A stretch of DNA of 64,000 nt from Octopus sinensis (GCF_006345805.1 NC_042998.1:70680001-70744000), one strand, 5' to 3'; positions 28,551-40,239 are shown, numbered from the stretch's first letter. The notes: generated by a model not told the origin, from the sequence alone. A program made the numbers and translations.

Positions 28551-28918
28551 TATGTTATACTAGTTCAATTCCATACGGAACAACAAGTCAAGAAAATAAT
28601 TATAAGCATGTACTCTACCAAGTTTTATGAAATACGATAAAAAAACAACAACGGTTTCTTTGGTGAACCAACGGCTCAATAAAGGCTATAGGTGTCTCCA
28701 ATTCATAAACCCACCGAGAAGTGGAATTTCCTGATTTTGACAAAAATTATATAAGAAGCCTTTGTAATCAGTTAAAATAAGAAAGTGTGTATTTCCATGC
28801 ACCCTATAAGCAGGAATTAATAATGTATGTGCAATGAAATAGATTCAACCTGGAGCTGAAATAAAATAATTTTGCTTTGAGAACTAAGCAAGGTAATATC
28901 ATGTAACCACAGCGGTGT

Positions 28919-29098
28919 GGAGGCGCAATGGCCCAGTGGTTAGGGCAGCGGACTCGCAGTCATAAGAACGCGGTTTCGATTCCCAGACCGGGCATTGTGA
29001 GTGTTTATTGAGCAAAAACACATAAGCTCCGGCGGGGGATGGTGGTGAAGCCCACTGTACCCTTTCACCACAACTTTCTCTCACTCTTTCTTCCTACT
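28919..29098 (+). mobile_element. SINE-C head and body without a recognisable tail
   Basis: GGAGGCGCAATGGCCCAGTGGTTAGGGCAGCGGACTCGC...CACAACTTTCTCTCACTCTT. Confidence 0.88.
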
Positions 29099-29830
29099 TC
29101 TGCCACAAAGCAGAGGAACCATGGTGTAACCCACGATGGTGTAGTAAACTTTCAGACCCTAGTCTAGATTGTGAATCCTCTGTACCCCAGGATGGTTCAG
29201 ATCTCCACCCGTTAAAAGCCACCGTTTACGGAATGAGGATAACAACGTAGTTTTCGAGCCTGTGCAACCGCCAGTCTATCGCGTGTGGTGGATGGATCTT
29301 CAATTTGCCACACGCATTCTTAGTAGCTTAGAGTAGGCTCGAATTAGAGATTATTCTTTGTGGCTAATGGCGTGAGTTCTGATAGGAAGTAGAAGAAGAA
29401 GCAGCCCACAGCCGTCACTCGAAAGCGTCCACGACTTGGCAGCTTGTAGCATACTTTCCCTATTTGTTTTAATTTCCCATGTCCTCACGAGCAGACATTA
29501 CACACCTTCTGCATCTACTGATATTTGGTTCAGTACTTATTTCAGCTGAGTAGACTGAACTTGAAATGATGTGCGTTATTCAAGGAAACAACGCGCCACC
29601 TAGCTAAATGTTCGAACTCATGACCTTATGATTACGAGACCAAAACTCTAAGCACGAGTTTACTCGCCTTCACATTGGCTGTATAAATAATTAATATTTC
29701 GGTAGTTTTTATTTCTGAAATCAAATCCTTCCAGCTATGCAGCAGAGAGATGGATCCCACTGCTAAGCTAACTTACTTTAAGTACATTATATATAAGTGT
29801 ATGATATTTCTGTGGTAATATTGCCATCAG

Positions 29831-29869
<39 letters not shown>

Positions 29870-30617
29870 TGTTTCTGTGATATTATAGTCAGTATTACAT
29901 GTGTGTAATATTTCGTGATAGTCATCAATCTTCATTATGCATTTCTCATCAATCTCAATAGCGTACATCTAGCTTTGATATTAAAGCGTTTCAACATTGT
30001 CTCTCGGTGAATGAATCATACAGGAACCGTGCGAAAACATTACCATTCTATATTATAGCAAGAAGCATGCAATATAGTATGGAAAGGAGCATACCAATGT
30101 AAATTGTGCAGCAAGAATCATGGTATAGTATACCTGGTTTCATGCAAATAGTACAGCTATAGTTGTGCAATAGTATAGCAACAATCGTGTTTAATCTTCT
30201 TTGAAATGGAGACATCAAACAGAGTATCACTGCATAGCTACTGTACTTGCTAGAAATAGCAGCCATCATGGAAACTTCACAAGAAGCATATCTAACTTAA
30301 AAACATGTTATCATCGTTATAAATGCTGTATGGAAAAATATACAACTTGATATAATGACATATTGTTATGACTGCACGCGGTTGGTCATAGGTTTTCACG
30401 ATCAAATATAATCTGGGACTAAAGAATAACAACAGTCATAAAGTTGCTTGAGCTGTTAAAAATAGCAGCTAAATTTTCCTAGATTACACTTTACCGTTTT
30501 GAATAAAGGAAGATTGGGCTAAGTCTGGGAGAACGGTAAGCCGAAATAGTTACGTGTTTTATCACAGGTCTACCGAAGTTAAATAATAATATTATCACAT
30601 CAACAGTAAATAGGGAG

Positions 30618-30836
30618 ATATTGGTTTCAAATTTTGGTTCAAGGCCAGCAATTTCTGGGAGATGGCAAGTCGATAACACCGATCGCAGTTCTCTACTCAC
30701 CAGCGATTATTTTATCGATCTCGAAAGGATGAAAGATAAAGTCGACTCCGGCGACATATGAACTCAGATTGGGAAGACAGACGAATTATCGCTAAGCATT
30801 TCGCCCGGCGTGCTAACAATTCTGCTAGTTCACCAC
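30618..30836 (-). mobile_element. SINE-A copy
   Basis: Reverse complement of head, core and alternative tail. Confidence 0.8.
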
Positions 30837-30857
30837 ATTTTGACTTTAAGATATAAA

Positions 30858-31102
30858 TGTTTCTTCTTGAGCCATGCCAGGCTCATAAGGGCCGGTTTCC
30901 AGGTTTCAGTGGCGTAGAAATTACCCACCTGGACTGGACGCCGTTCCGTCGCAGGATTACTCATTTTTGCCAGCTGAGTGGACTGGAGCAACGTGAAATG
31001 AAGTCTTTGCTCAAGAACACAACGCATCGCTCGGTCCGTGAATCGAAACCACAACCTTACGATCATGAGTTCAACACACTAACCACTAAGTCACGCGTCT
31101 CC
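30858..31102 (-). mobile_element. SINE-C-type copy with tail type 2
   Basis: TTCTTCTTGAGCCATGCCAGGCTCATAAGGGCCGGTTTCC is the reverse complement of the 15.8-kb tail. tRNA head at about 31040-31102. Confidence 0.8.
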
Positions 31103-31857
31103 ACTTTAAAATATAAAGCAGGATCTAATTGTGATTTACAACTGTTGGAAATATTTCAAGATCTTCACATAAGATTACATGTTTATAGTGTAAGACAATA
31201 TACTGCAACGATATATTAGCATATCTTCACAATACATAATGTTTCTTAGCAAGTACAAATCGACAAAGCATACACATATGCCATTTCACACACACACACA
31301 CACGCACAAGCAACAGACACATACATAAAGCCATGGGCTTCCACACGGTTTTAAGAACCAAGTTCCATTCAGAAGTTGTATGATAAATTGAGACTAAAGA
31401 ACAAAACACGACTCGAAGTGAGACAGAAGCCGGCCAAAAGCTTGTCAACCAAAATTTTAAACATCACAAGACTACTCCTGTTCCTTTGTACATGAGGACA
31501 TACAAACACACACACACAAATACACACACACATACACACAAATACACACATACATGTGCATATGTATATCGTATTTCTTCTATCTTCTGATAAGATATTT
31601 TCCCCTATATATCGAAGCAGTATATATTACTCCTCGGCTTAAAGATAATATTTACATTTCATTGTATACGTTCTAGATTTCATCATTTCTAGGCTATCCA
31701 CAAACACATTATTGTCATGACTTTAATTAATTTATATTTATAATTGAATTTATAATTAGATTTAGTTTAAGTCGCTTATTGGGCTCTTTTACTTAAAAAT
31801 CTATTCTTAGATGTGTTGGGATGTGTACTCTAAAGCGCGCATGTGTGTGTCGTATAT

Positions 31858-32135
31858 CTTTTATCTTTTACTTGTTCCACTCATTGGACTGCAGCCATGC
31901 TTAAACATCTTCTAGTCGAACAAATCGATCCCAGTACTTATTGGGTCTCTTTTGCCTAACTGGTGAGTTAAGGTGTGAACAATTAAATATCAATTGCCAA
32001 GCAGTGATGGTGTGTGTGTGGGGGGGGGGGAACACACACATACCACAAACACACACACACGTGTGTGCGGCAGTGTGGTAAGACGTTTGCTTGTCAATCA
32101 TATTTCCGGGTGGCATCTTGGAGAAGTGTTTTATA
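31858..32135 (-). mobile_element. Diverged SINE-B
   Basis: TCTTTTACTTGTT...ACTGCAGCCATGCT...GTCGAACAAATCGATCCCAGTACTTATT. Confidence 0.75.
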
Positions 32136-32249
32136 CTATGTATGTGTGTATGTATGCATGCATGCATGTATATATATATAAGTATATTACATATATGTTT
32201 ATATATATACACATACACACGCATACACACACATATGTATATATGTGTG

Positions 32250-32295
<46 letters not shown>

Positions 32296-32580
32296 TGTGT
32301 GTGTCTACAGTATATAGCATAGGTGATAGCTAGATATGCACAGTACAGAGAACACGTAATAGTGTTCCAATGAATTGAACTTAAACTCCAAATCCTTCGT
32401 CCAGGACTAGGTCCACGCCGTCAAGAGTGGGTATAAGAGTAGTGCAAGCGAGCTGATATGGAGAATGTGATGCAGATAGACACAATTAAGCTTCACACAT
32501 ATGCACATATACCACATATTCATAATACATACATATACTTACATAAATACAAACGTGCATACATATATATACTTACATAT

Positions 32581-33620
32581 AAGAATACAGTGTACGTTCA
32601 AACACAAAAGAGATACCCGACGAATATGATATCTGACTCGCTAGAAAGAGCAGTTGAATCTCCAAGCCACCAATTGTTGTAATTCCGAAAGTGAGTGGAA
32701 ATTTTTAGAACCTATAGACACGTGGCTGGTTATTTATCGCTCCGTGCCTATGTGTTCAGTCCTGGCAACCTACTGAAGAAGCAGCGCCAGATATAGGCTG
32801 AAATCATTTTATTTCAGTCTGTATTTAAGTCTGCAGGAACCTTGCAGGGTCTAGGATTAAGGTAAAAGTTTTTATTTTCCAATCACTTTCGGAATTACAA
32901 CAATTGGTGGTTTGGAGTTTTAACTGCTCTTTCTAGCGAGCCGGATATCCTATTCTTCGGGTATTTCTTTTGTGTTTGAACGTACACTGTATTCTTCTTT
33001 GAATAATATATAGTCTATTGACTAATTTTTCTTTTCTCGCTAGACCACTGGTAACTAAGAATTTTTCTATGAATATTCTTGCTACCCTAAGATTTTAATT
33101 AATGATAAAATGTTTGTTGGCTAATTCTGGAAGAAAATCGGCAATTTATTTTTATTTTAGTGCTGGTTGAGTTTCCACTTCTGCGTGGTAGATTCGAAAA
33201 GTTAGAACCATAGACACATGGCGGGTTATTTATCGCTCCGTGTCTATGTGTTCAGTCCTGGCAACCTACTGAAGAAGCAGCGCCAGATATAGGCTGAAAT
33301 TATTTTATTTCAGTTTGTATTTAAGTCTGCAGGAACCTTGCAGGGTCTAGGATTAAGGTAAAAGATTTTATTTTGCAATCACTTTCGGAATTACAACAAT
33401 TGGTGGCTTGGAGATTCAACTGCTCTTTCTAGCAAGTCAGATATCCAATTCTTTGGGTATCTCTTTTGTGTTTGAACGTACACTGTATTCTTCTTTGATT
33501 AATATATAGTCTATTGACTAATTTTTTCTTTCTCGCTGGACCACTGGTAACTAAGAACTTTTCTATGAATATTTTTCTATGAATATTCTTGCTACTCTAA
33601 GATTTTAATTAATGATAAAA
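32581..33620 (+). mobile_element. Non-coding element: inverted 114-bp piece plus two ~410-bp direct repeats, with 11-12-bp TSD (Penelope-like architecture)
   Basis: 32581-32694 is the reverse complement of 32883-32996 and 33379-33492. Direct repeats at 32705-33111 and 33202-33621. (A)TACTTACATAT at 32569-32580 and 33620-33631. The repeats are seen directly, but the family is inferred. Confidence 0.8.
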
Positions 33621-33847
33621 TACTTACATATATATATATATATATATACAAATAGATATACGTAGATACATATAACTACCTATATTTATAAAGTTAAACA
33701 CTTATATACACACCTATATATATATATATATATATATATACATACATACATACATACATACACACACACATATATATATTTATATATATGTATGTATATA
33801 TAATGTATATATATATATATATAATGTATATATATATATATATAATG

Positions 33848-33896
<49 letters not shown>

Positions 33897-34052
33897 GTAA
33901 AAAGTGAAAAAACTACAGAAGGCTTAAAGGTTAAAAAATATATATATTTGCGTCAATATGTCTGAAGAATATAAAAAAAAATTTTTTCCTTACAATGACA
34001 TATTTAGAAGAAAGACCGGTTTCGCGTTTAGCTTTTCAAATTTCTTGCGACG

Positions 34053-34091
<39 letters not shown>

Positions 34092-35721
34092 GACACACAT
34101 AGAGCTTAACAGAACATAACAGATAGAGAATACTAAGAAAAGCACAGAAAGTTTCTCAACTTGACAACTGTTTCCGGGAGCTCGGAATTACGTAATCACC
34201 ACAATATTCATAATTTGCAGATGGATTGTGCAAAAGGTCTTGGGTATGCAACCAATAAATAGTCACACAGAGATATTACTATAAGGCCGGCAAGACAAAG
34301 TTGGCAAAAGTCTCTGAAATGCTATTGATGGTCATCTTTTGCTTATAGAACAGAGAATAGAAATAAACCCGACTTCTGTTTTACCCATCTACTGGAGGAG
34401 AGGAATTCGTTATGATCTCTGTATATTTTCCGCGTGAAGGAGCGAAATTAACCCTGGTCGCCAAAAATATCTTCCAGTGGGAAAGAGAATTTGGCAATGA
34501 TATTCATAGCGTCTCCAACACTGTTGAGGTTCATGCAATTAGTGTTCAGTTCAGGTCATTTGCAGATTAATATTTGTGGGAAATGCGTGATCACGGGAGG
34601 ATTTCCAGTGGTTTGGAAATATATGTGTTTCAGAACTGGGCAAAATGTTTTGAGCAGCGCATAAAAGGGGAAATACAGAAAAAGCTAAGTGTATGAAGTC
34701 AAGTATTTCAGCGTAGCAAAGTAAGCAGAGGACAGTGTAGCAACGTGATAATAAATTACTATTAAAAAGTTAAATTAAAACAAATAACAATGGTATTAGG
34801 AATAAATGGTTAAATGAAACTATTCTACTCCATTTCTAAGTCCTGAACTTCTAGAATGGTTTTGTACAAATTACTGATTTTTTGGCCAGTAATGAGAACA
34901 GACAGCTGTGAGAATAAGTGGCTGGCCAAAAATCTCATTGCTGTTTTATAGGTGATTTATTTAAATATTGATTGCTTACGTGAACATATGTCTACTGATG
35001 CAGAGAACATTACAAAGTGAAGGTGTTGTAAAGCTTATGCTTCATCAATAAGATTTAGTAGCGTCAGTTTACACTACTACACTTTGTTCTTGATAGCCCC
35101 AGGCCAATTCTGGTCTAGCAGAGCGATAATGAAGAGGTTCTAGTTTTAACAGTCATGTCTTTAACTGAGCTAGATTATCTATAAGTACATTATCCAGCTC
35201 TCTTCTTTAAAACGGTAGGATGTTATTTAAGAGAGATTTAGCAGTTATTTCTAGCAGGTTGAACAAAGGTATAGAGGTGTGAAGAAAAGTCAAACTAACA
35301 ACAAACAAAACCGTGATAGAGCTGTAATAGTTATTTGTGATTGTCATCAACTTCACTTGCGTCGCGAATATCATTGAGAAATACCGCCTCATCACAACTT
35401 TATTTTCATGTAGTTATTCTTTGATTTAGCGAGCGTTGTTTGGGGTTTATCGACCTGCTTTAAATAACAACCAAATTTCTAGTAAACTTTAACGTGTCGT
35501 TTTCAAACAATAAAGACGGTATAGGAATATGTAGTTATATATAAGATAGCAGGATCATGCTGGAATACACATCACTATAGGTCAAAGGTCAAAGCTGAAC
35601 TTAGCCTAAATAACAAACAATAATAGAAACACAGTTCTATATTTGAGAGATGAGGAATTATGTACTTTATTTGCATTATTTACATTTGACGGATATTTGT
35701 CCTCCTCATCTTGTTTGTTGT

Positions 35722-35768
35722 TAACACGACATTTCGGCCGATGTACTCCCCAGCCGTCATCAGGTGTC
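35722..35768 (-). ncRNA. Minimal type I hammerhead ribozyme, catalytic core intact
   Basis: Minus strand reads GACAC CUGAUGA C GGCUG GGGAGUACAU CGGCC GAAA U GUC GUGUU. Stem I is GACAC/GUGUU, stem II is GGCUG/CGGCC, and the cleavage triplet is GUC. Confidence 0.75.
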
Positions 35769-36004
35769 CCGAGAGAATTTCGAACCTGGGTTCTCATTCT
35801 TAAGGTATTTTCCCGATGTTATTATTATTGTTGTTTTTCAGGTCACTGCTTGGAATTGAACTCGGAATCTTACGCCATATGCCCGTGGGTGTTTTGGAGT
35901 GAATTTTAGGGCTTATAAATCTAATATTTTCCTATCCTTCCTTAATATCGGTTCCCATAGGCTACTCATATCTGCACTAGGTCTGCTTAGGAGGTTATTA
36001 TGTC

Positions 36005-36562
36005 ATAGAATAATAGCGTAAAGAGAGGGATTGTTCAATGCCTAAACCATCGAGCAAAAAATAAAAGTAGCCATCCTGATACATACCACAAAGAAATGAT
36101 CAATCTAAGTAACAATCTTAAAAAATAATGCTGCCCATACGACATTAGGAAAGTATTCAAGAGTAATACAACACTTCGCAAATATCTCCTTCGAGTAAAG
36201 CCACCAACAGAAGATAATATGAACAAAGACTGCGTGTACTCCATCCCATGCCGCTGTGGTAGTTTATACAAAGGCGAAATATGCCGCCCACTCAAAATAA
36301 AGGCAGAGGAACAACGCAAAGCTGTGACACGAGGAGATATTGATAAATCGGGTATAGCTGATCATGTATGGAAAATGGAGACACCCCACCCTTGTGGGAT
36401 GAAGTTAAAATAATAGACAGTGAACACCACGGGAAAATACGAAAACTAAAAGAGGCAGCACATATACTAGGACATAATAACCTCCTAAGCAGATCAAGTG
36501 CATATATGAATAACATATGGGAACCTGTATTAAGCAAGGATAGGAAAATATTAGATCTATAA
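36005..36562 (+). pseudogene. Penelope-like linker plus GIY-YIG endonuclease domain, frameshifted
   Basis: DIRKVFKSNTTLRKYLLRVKPP..NKDCVYSIPCRCGSLYKGEICRPLKIKAEEQRKAVTRGDIDKSGIADHVW, then in another frame LWDEVKIIDSEHHGKIRKLKEAAHIL, with stop TAA at 36560-36562. Confidence 0.88.
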
Positions 36563-36726
36563 GCCCTAAAATTCACTCCAAAATTGCCCACGGGCATATG
36601 GCGTAGTGGTTAAGAGCGCGGGCTACTAACCCCAAGATTTCGATTTCAAGCAGTGACCTGAAAAGTAATAATAATAACATCGAAAAAATACCTTAGGAAT
36701 GAGAATCCAGGTTCGAAATTCTCCCA

Positions 36727-36772
36727 GGATACCTGATGAAGGCTGGAGAGTTCATCAGCCAAAACATCGTGT
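36727..36772 (+). ncRNA. Degenerate minimal hammerhead ribozyme (GAAA mutated to AAAA)
   Basis: GAUAC CUGAUGA A GGCUG N10 CAGCC AAAA C AUC GUGU. Confidence 0.6.
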
Positions 36773-37038
36773 GAACAACAAGTAAAATGAGGACAAATAT
36801 CTGTCAAATGTAAATAATGTAAATAACAGAAACATCGTAAAACCATGTCATCTCACTCACATGTTTTGCAGTAATGGTCAGTGTTTCTGATCTAAAGAAA
36901 TATATTGATCACGAGTTTTGGTTTTAATTAGAGACAACTTTTATACAAAGTCGGTGGCTCAGAAAAACTCCGAGTTTGGTGGTACGAAGACTCAGTATTA
37001 AATAATGGAAGATTAAAATCAACTTCAACGTTGATGTT

Positions 37039-37071
<33 letters not shown>

Positions 37072-37089
37072 TTTCTTTCTTTCTTTATT

Positions 37090-37132
<43 letters not shown>

Positions 37133-37729
37133 CTCTCTCTCTCTCTCTCTCACGCACACACACACACACCCTCCACATCAAAACACACATTAGCTTGAAA
37201 ATTTTCTTTCTTCTATTTGAAAAACGGAATCTCATCTCATCCAATAAATGTCTTAAGGCTGTATCATGCGCGGGGACATAGAAATAATCGGACTGAATAC
37301 CCGATCGCGCGGTTAAACCATTGGGAGTGAAGGACTCCTAGCCTTTGTTAGGGCATCCTTCTAGGAGAAGGTAACTCAGGTGACTGGGATAACTCCGACA
37401 TAAAACCTGCGGCTCAGTGGTTACCGATGATGTTGATTTGTTCTTCTTTTCGGATTATGGTTGCTGTTGCTTAGTGAGTGGGATTGACTCAGTACATAGC
37501 CTTTCCTCACTTAAAAAAAAATCTTCTTGCACAGGCATTGCACGATAGCAACATTGATTAAGCTTCGCGCAATGGCCATACTCGATAACGAGTGGGTAGC
37601 CACCATGTATGTATGTAGTATGTATGTATGTATGTATGTATGTAGTATGTATGTATGTATGTATGTATGTATGTATGTATGTATGTATGTATGCATGCAT
37701 GCATGTATGTATGTATGTATGTATGTATG

Positions 37730-37760
<31 letters not shown>

Positions 37761-37859
37761 GCACATGTGTATATGTGTGTGTATATACACATAAAAACGA
37801 GTGTATATATATGTATACGCACATGTCTATTTATCAATCTATCTATCTATAACGCATAA

Positions 37860-38260
37860 AACTCGCGTCAGGTTCCAAGAACATATTGCCAATACATTGT
37901 CAGAAAATTCTTCATTATACTTTTTATCCGAAGAGTACATACATCGCTAAACATTGTTTAAATGTTCTGTTCGCAGTGTAAATATGTCGCATTTTATGAA
38001 CAATGACAAAGAAATTCAAAGCCAAAAAACTCCATTCCATCATCTGGAAATTGATAAACATCTTGAAGAAAAAAAAAATACAAAAGGTACAATCTAGAAA
38101 CGAAGCAATAATCAAACATTATATCGACGGTGCAGAAATTCCACTCCGTAAAAAGAAAATACATCGGGTAGCGTGGATTCAATGCATCGTCAATGCATAA
38201 CAAAATCGTAAAACACTGCATTATTTAAGAGGCATTGCTCGTAATTTGTCTTTTTAGAAT
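37860..38260 (+). mobile_element. MULE (Mutator-like) transposase C-terminal remnant
   Basis: LHSIIWKLINILKK...IPLRKKK...IQCIVNA..NRKTLHYLRGIARNLSF resembles the HPNIWKFI...KKKY...YLRGIAHN end of animal MULE transposases (recalled motif). Confidence 0.7.
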
Positions 38261-39227
38261 GTTTCTTTTCTTCCTTCAATTTAAGCCGTGCTATCTTCAA
38301 GCTGCATGTTATTTTGTGATTCTATGTTTAAAAATAACTTGGATCTGTTCATTTTTTTAGCGTGTACATATTGAGTAAACCTGATATTCATAATTTTTTT
38401 TTTGTATTTCAATTTCGTTTTTCATTGCTGATGAAATGCGTTGTATTTAATGTGCAAATAAAAACTTTAACTAATGTTTAGTGAGAATTATTTACTCTGC
38501 ATATGAAAAGTATGACGATGAGTTTAACGGTAACGGATATAGTATGACAGTGCAAATAACCGGCAATGACAATTCATATTGATTTTACTGTCAGAAGTGA
38601 TTTGTCCGTCGGAAACCTGAGGATAGAGAAGCTATTTTTCTGAATACGCGCGCGAGCTTGTATGCATGCATTTATAACTTGACTTAGATAAACTCAGATA
38701 CGTTTCGGCCAAAAATTGTCGCAGACCATGTTCAAGTTAGCAGCAACACCAAAAAAGATCTTTTGGGGCATTTTGTAGCTCAAGTTTCGGCGTATCGAGG
38801 CCCATTCAAGTAGGTGTGATGGACATCGATGTTTCACCATTTTTGTGGCTTGTCGACGTCATGTACCCGATCAGGATTGGAGATAAATCGTTTCACCAGT
38901 CCATAATTTATATGCTCATAGCGTGCAAGCAAAACAACGTGCAGGTATGCCCGGACAATGCATATGTAAGAACAAATTCAAACATGAAATAGAAACAACA
39001 CACACGTAATAAACATTAACAACCACATATACTTAACGTATATGCTTTGTGTATTTCCTAGATGGGATTGTAGGTGAGTTATCTCGCCTGTCCATTGCTC
39101 TAAGGTGCTTTATCACTCGGCGCTTTACCATCCGGTGTTTTAGCATCCACCACCTCAATAACAGCCTACTGGTAAATGCACAAAGCATACACGTTAAGTA
39201 TGTGCTGATAATCTTTATATACATATA

Positions 39228-39435
39228 CAGTAATCCCTTGCCATATCGCAGCTTACTTATCGCGGTTTATCCTTTAAGCTTACGTCGATTCTTCCCTGGT
39301 GTTTTGCCTTTACAATAAAATAAATATAAAGAAATTATAAAATATATGCAATACAGTACTGTTTCTACTTCGCCGATTTTCACCTATTACGGAAGGTTTT
39401 GGACCATAACACCCGCGATAATCAAGGGATTACTT
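39228..39435. mobile_element. Tigger-like MITE
   Basis: TA|CAGTAATCCCTTGCCATATCGC at the left end and CGCGATAATCAAGGGATTACT at the right end. Confidence 0.7.
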
Positions 39436-39459
39436 TTTATACACACACACACACGCACA

Positions 39460-39528
<69 letters not shown>

Positions 39529-40079
39529 ACACACACACACACACATGTCTGCATTGTATAGAATTATTATTATTATAGGTTCGTTTTGCCGTTTATCCCT
39601 CTCTGGACGATAGAGTGCAAATCAAGTACTGGAGTCGATGATATCAACGAATCCCTCCCTTCAAGCTTTCAGGGCTTGTACCTGAATTAGAACCCCCCCA
39701 TCGTAATCATCGTCATCATCTTCATCGTTATTAACATCATCCCAATTTTACCCATAGCCACTGGAATATTATGCTATTGTATTCGCATATTTTTTGTTGT
39801 CGATCGAGGCAAAGTTAAGCGCATCGATAATGCTAAAACGTATTTTAGGAATACAATCTGTAAGGGGAATACTTAAATATATGTAAGCTCAAAACTTAAT
39901 ATATGAAAGTCTAACAATACATTCTCGATGTTCACCGAATTTCAACGATGGAACTTTGCTTCTTTATTAGAAACCGACACTTTTCTGTAGCAAGTGTCAA
40001 ATGATACGAAAACAGTAACATCAATTCAGCTACACACATACGGACACAGAAGCACAGAGGCACACACGCGCGCGCACAC

Positions 40080-40214
<135 letters not shown>

Positions 40215-40239
40215 TCTGTATAATGTCTTTTATCTTTTA

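Larger units (their letters stand above)
27523..28554 (-). mobile_element. Stand-alone tRNA-head/(TAA)n/hammerhead module (Penelope terminal-repeat-like SINE), split by a Dong-like LINE
   Basis: Head at 28465-28554 and body at 27523-27742 are colinear with 36592-36821 and 35632-35885. No Penelope ORF sequence lies upstream. Confidence 0.85.
35632..36821 (+). mobile_element. Penelope-like retroelement, 5'-truncated, with inverted 3'-end copy and putative 13-bp TSD
   Basis: GIY-YIG fragment at 36005-36562. 35650-36004 is an inverted copy of 36471-36821. AATAA(T/C)AGAAACA at 35619-35631 and 36822-36834. Confidence 0.9.

Noticed and set aside
28465-28554. tRNA gene (anticodon-like loop CTACTAA), likewise the heads at 36592, 24867 and 11623
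   Set aside because: The acceptor and anticodon stems pair poorly and each head continues into a repeated body, so these are tRNA-derived promoters of mobile elements, not tRNA genes.
32773-32803. CTGAAGA...GAAA called as a functional hammerhead
   Set aside because: Stem II is only about 3 bp and I could not form stems I and III in type I or type III topology. Kept only as a weak hint in the 32.6-kb finding.
32705-33620. LTR retrotransposon, TRIM or CRISPR interpretation of the direct repeats
   Set aside because: There are no TG..CA ends, no PBS/PPT, and the TSD is too long for LTR elements. No short repeat-spacer array exists anywhere in the window.
34330-34560. Candidate host exon after a pyrimidine-rich ...TTATAG
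   Set aside because: All three frames hit stops before a plausible donor site and there is no recognisable domain.
37255-37480. RTE 5'UTR-like segment (GGGCATCCTTCTAGGAGAAGGTAACTC) as an HDV-like ribozyme
   Set aside because: Some hairpins form (CCTTCT/AGAAGG), but I could not identify a P1 helix or the catalytic J4/2 cytosine. It may still be a decayed RTE 5' end.
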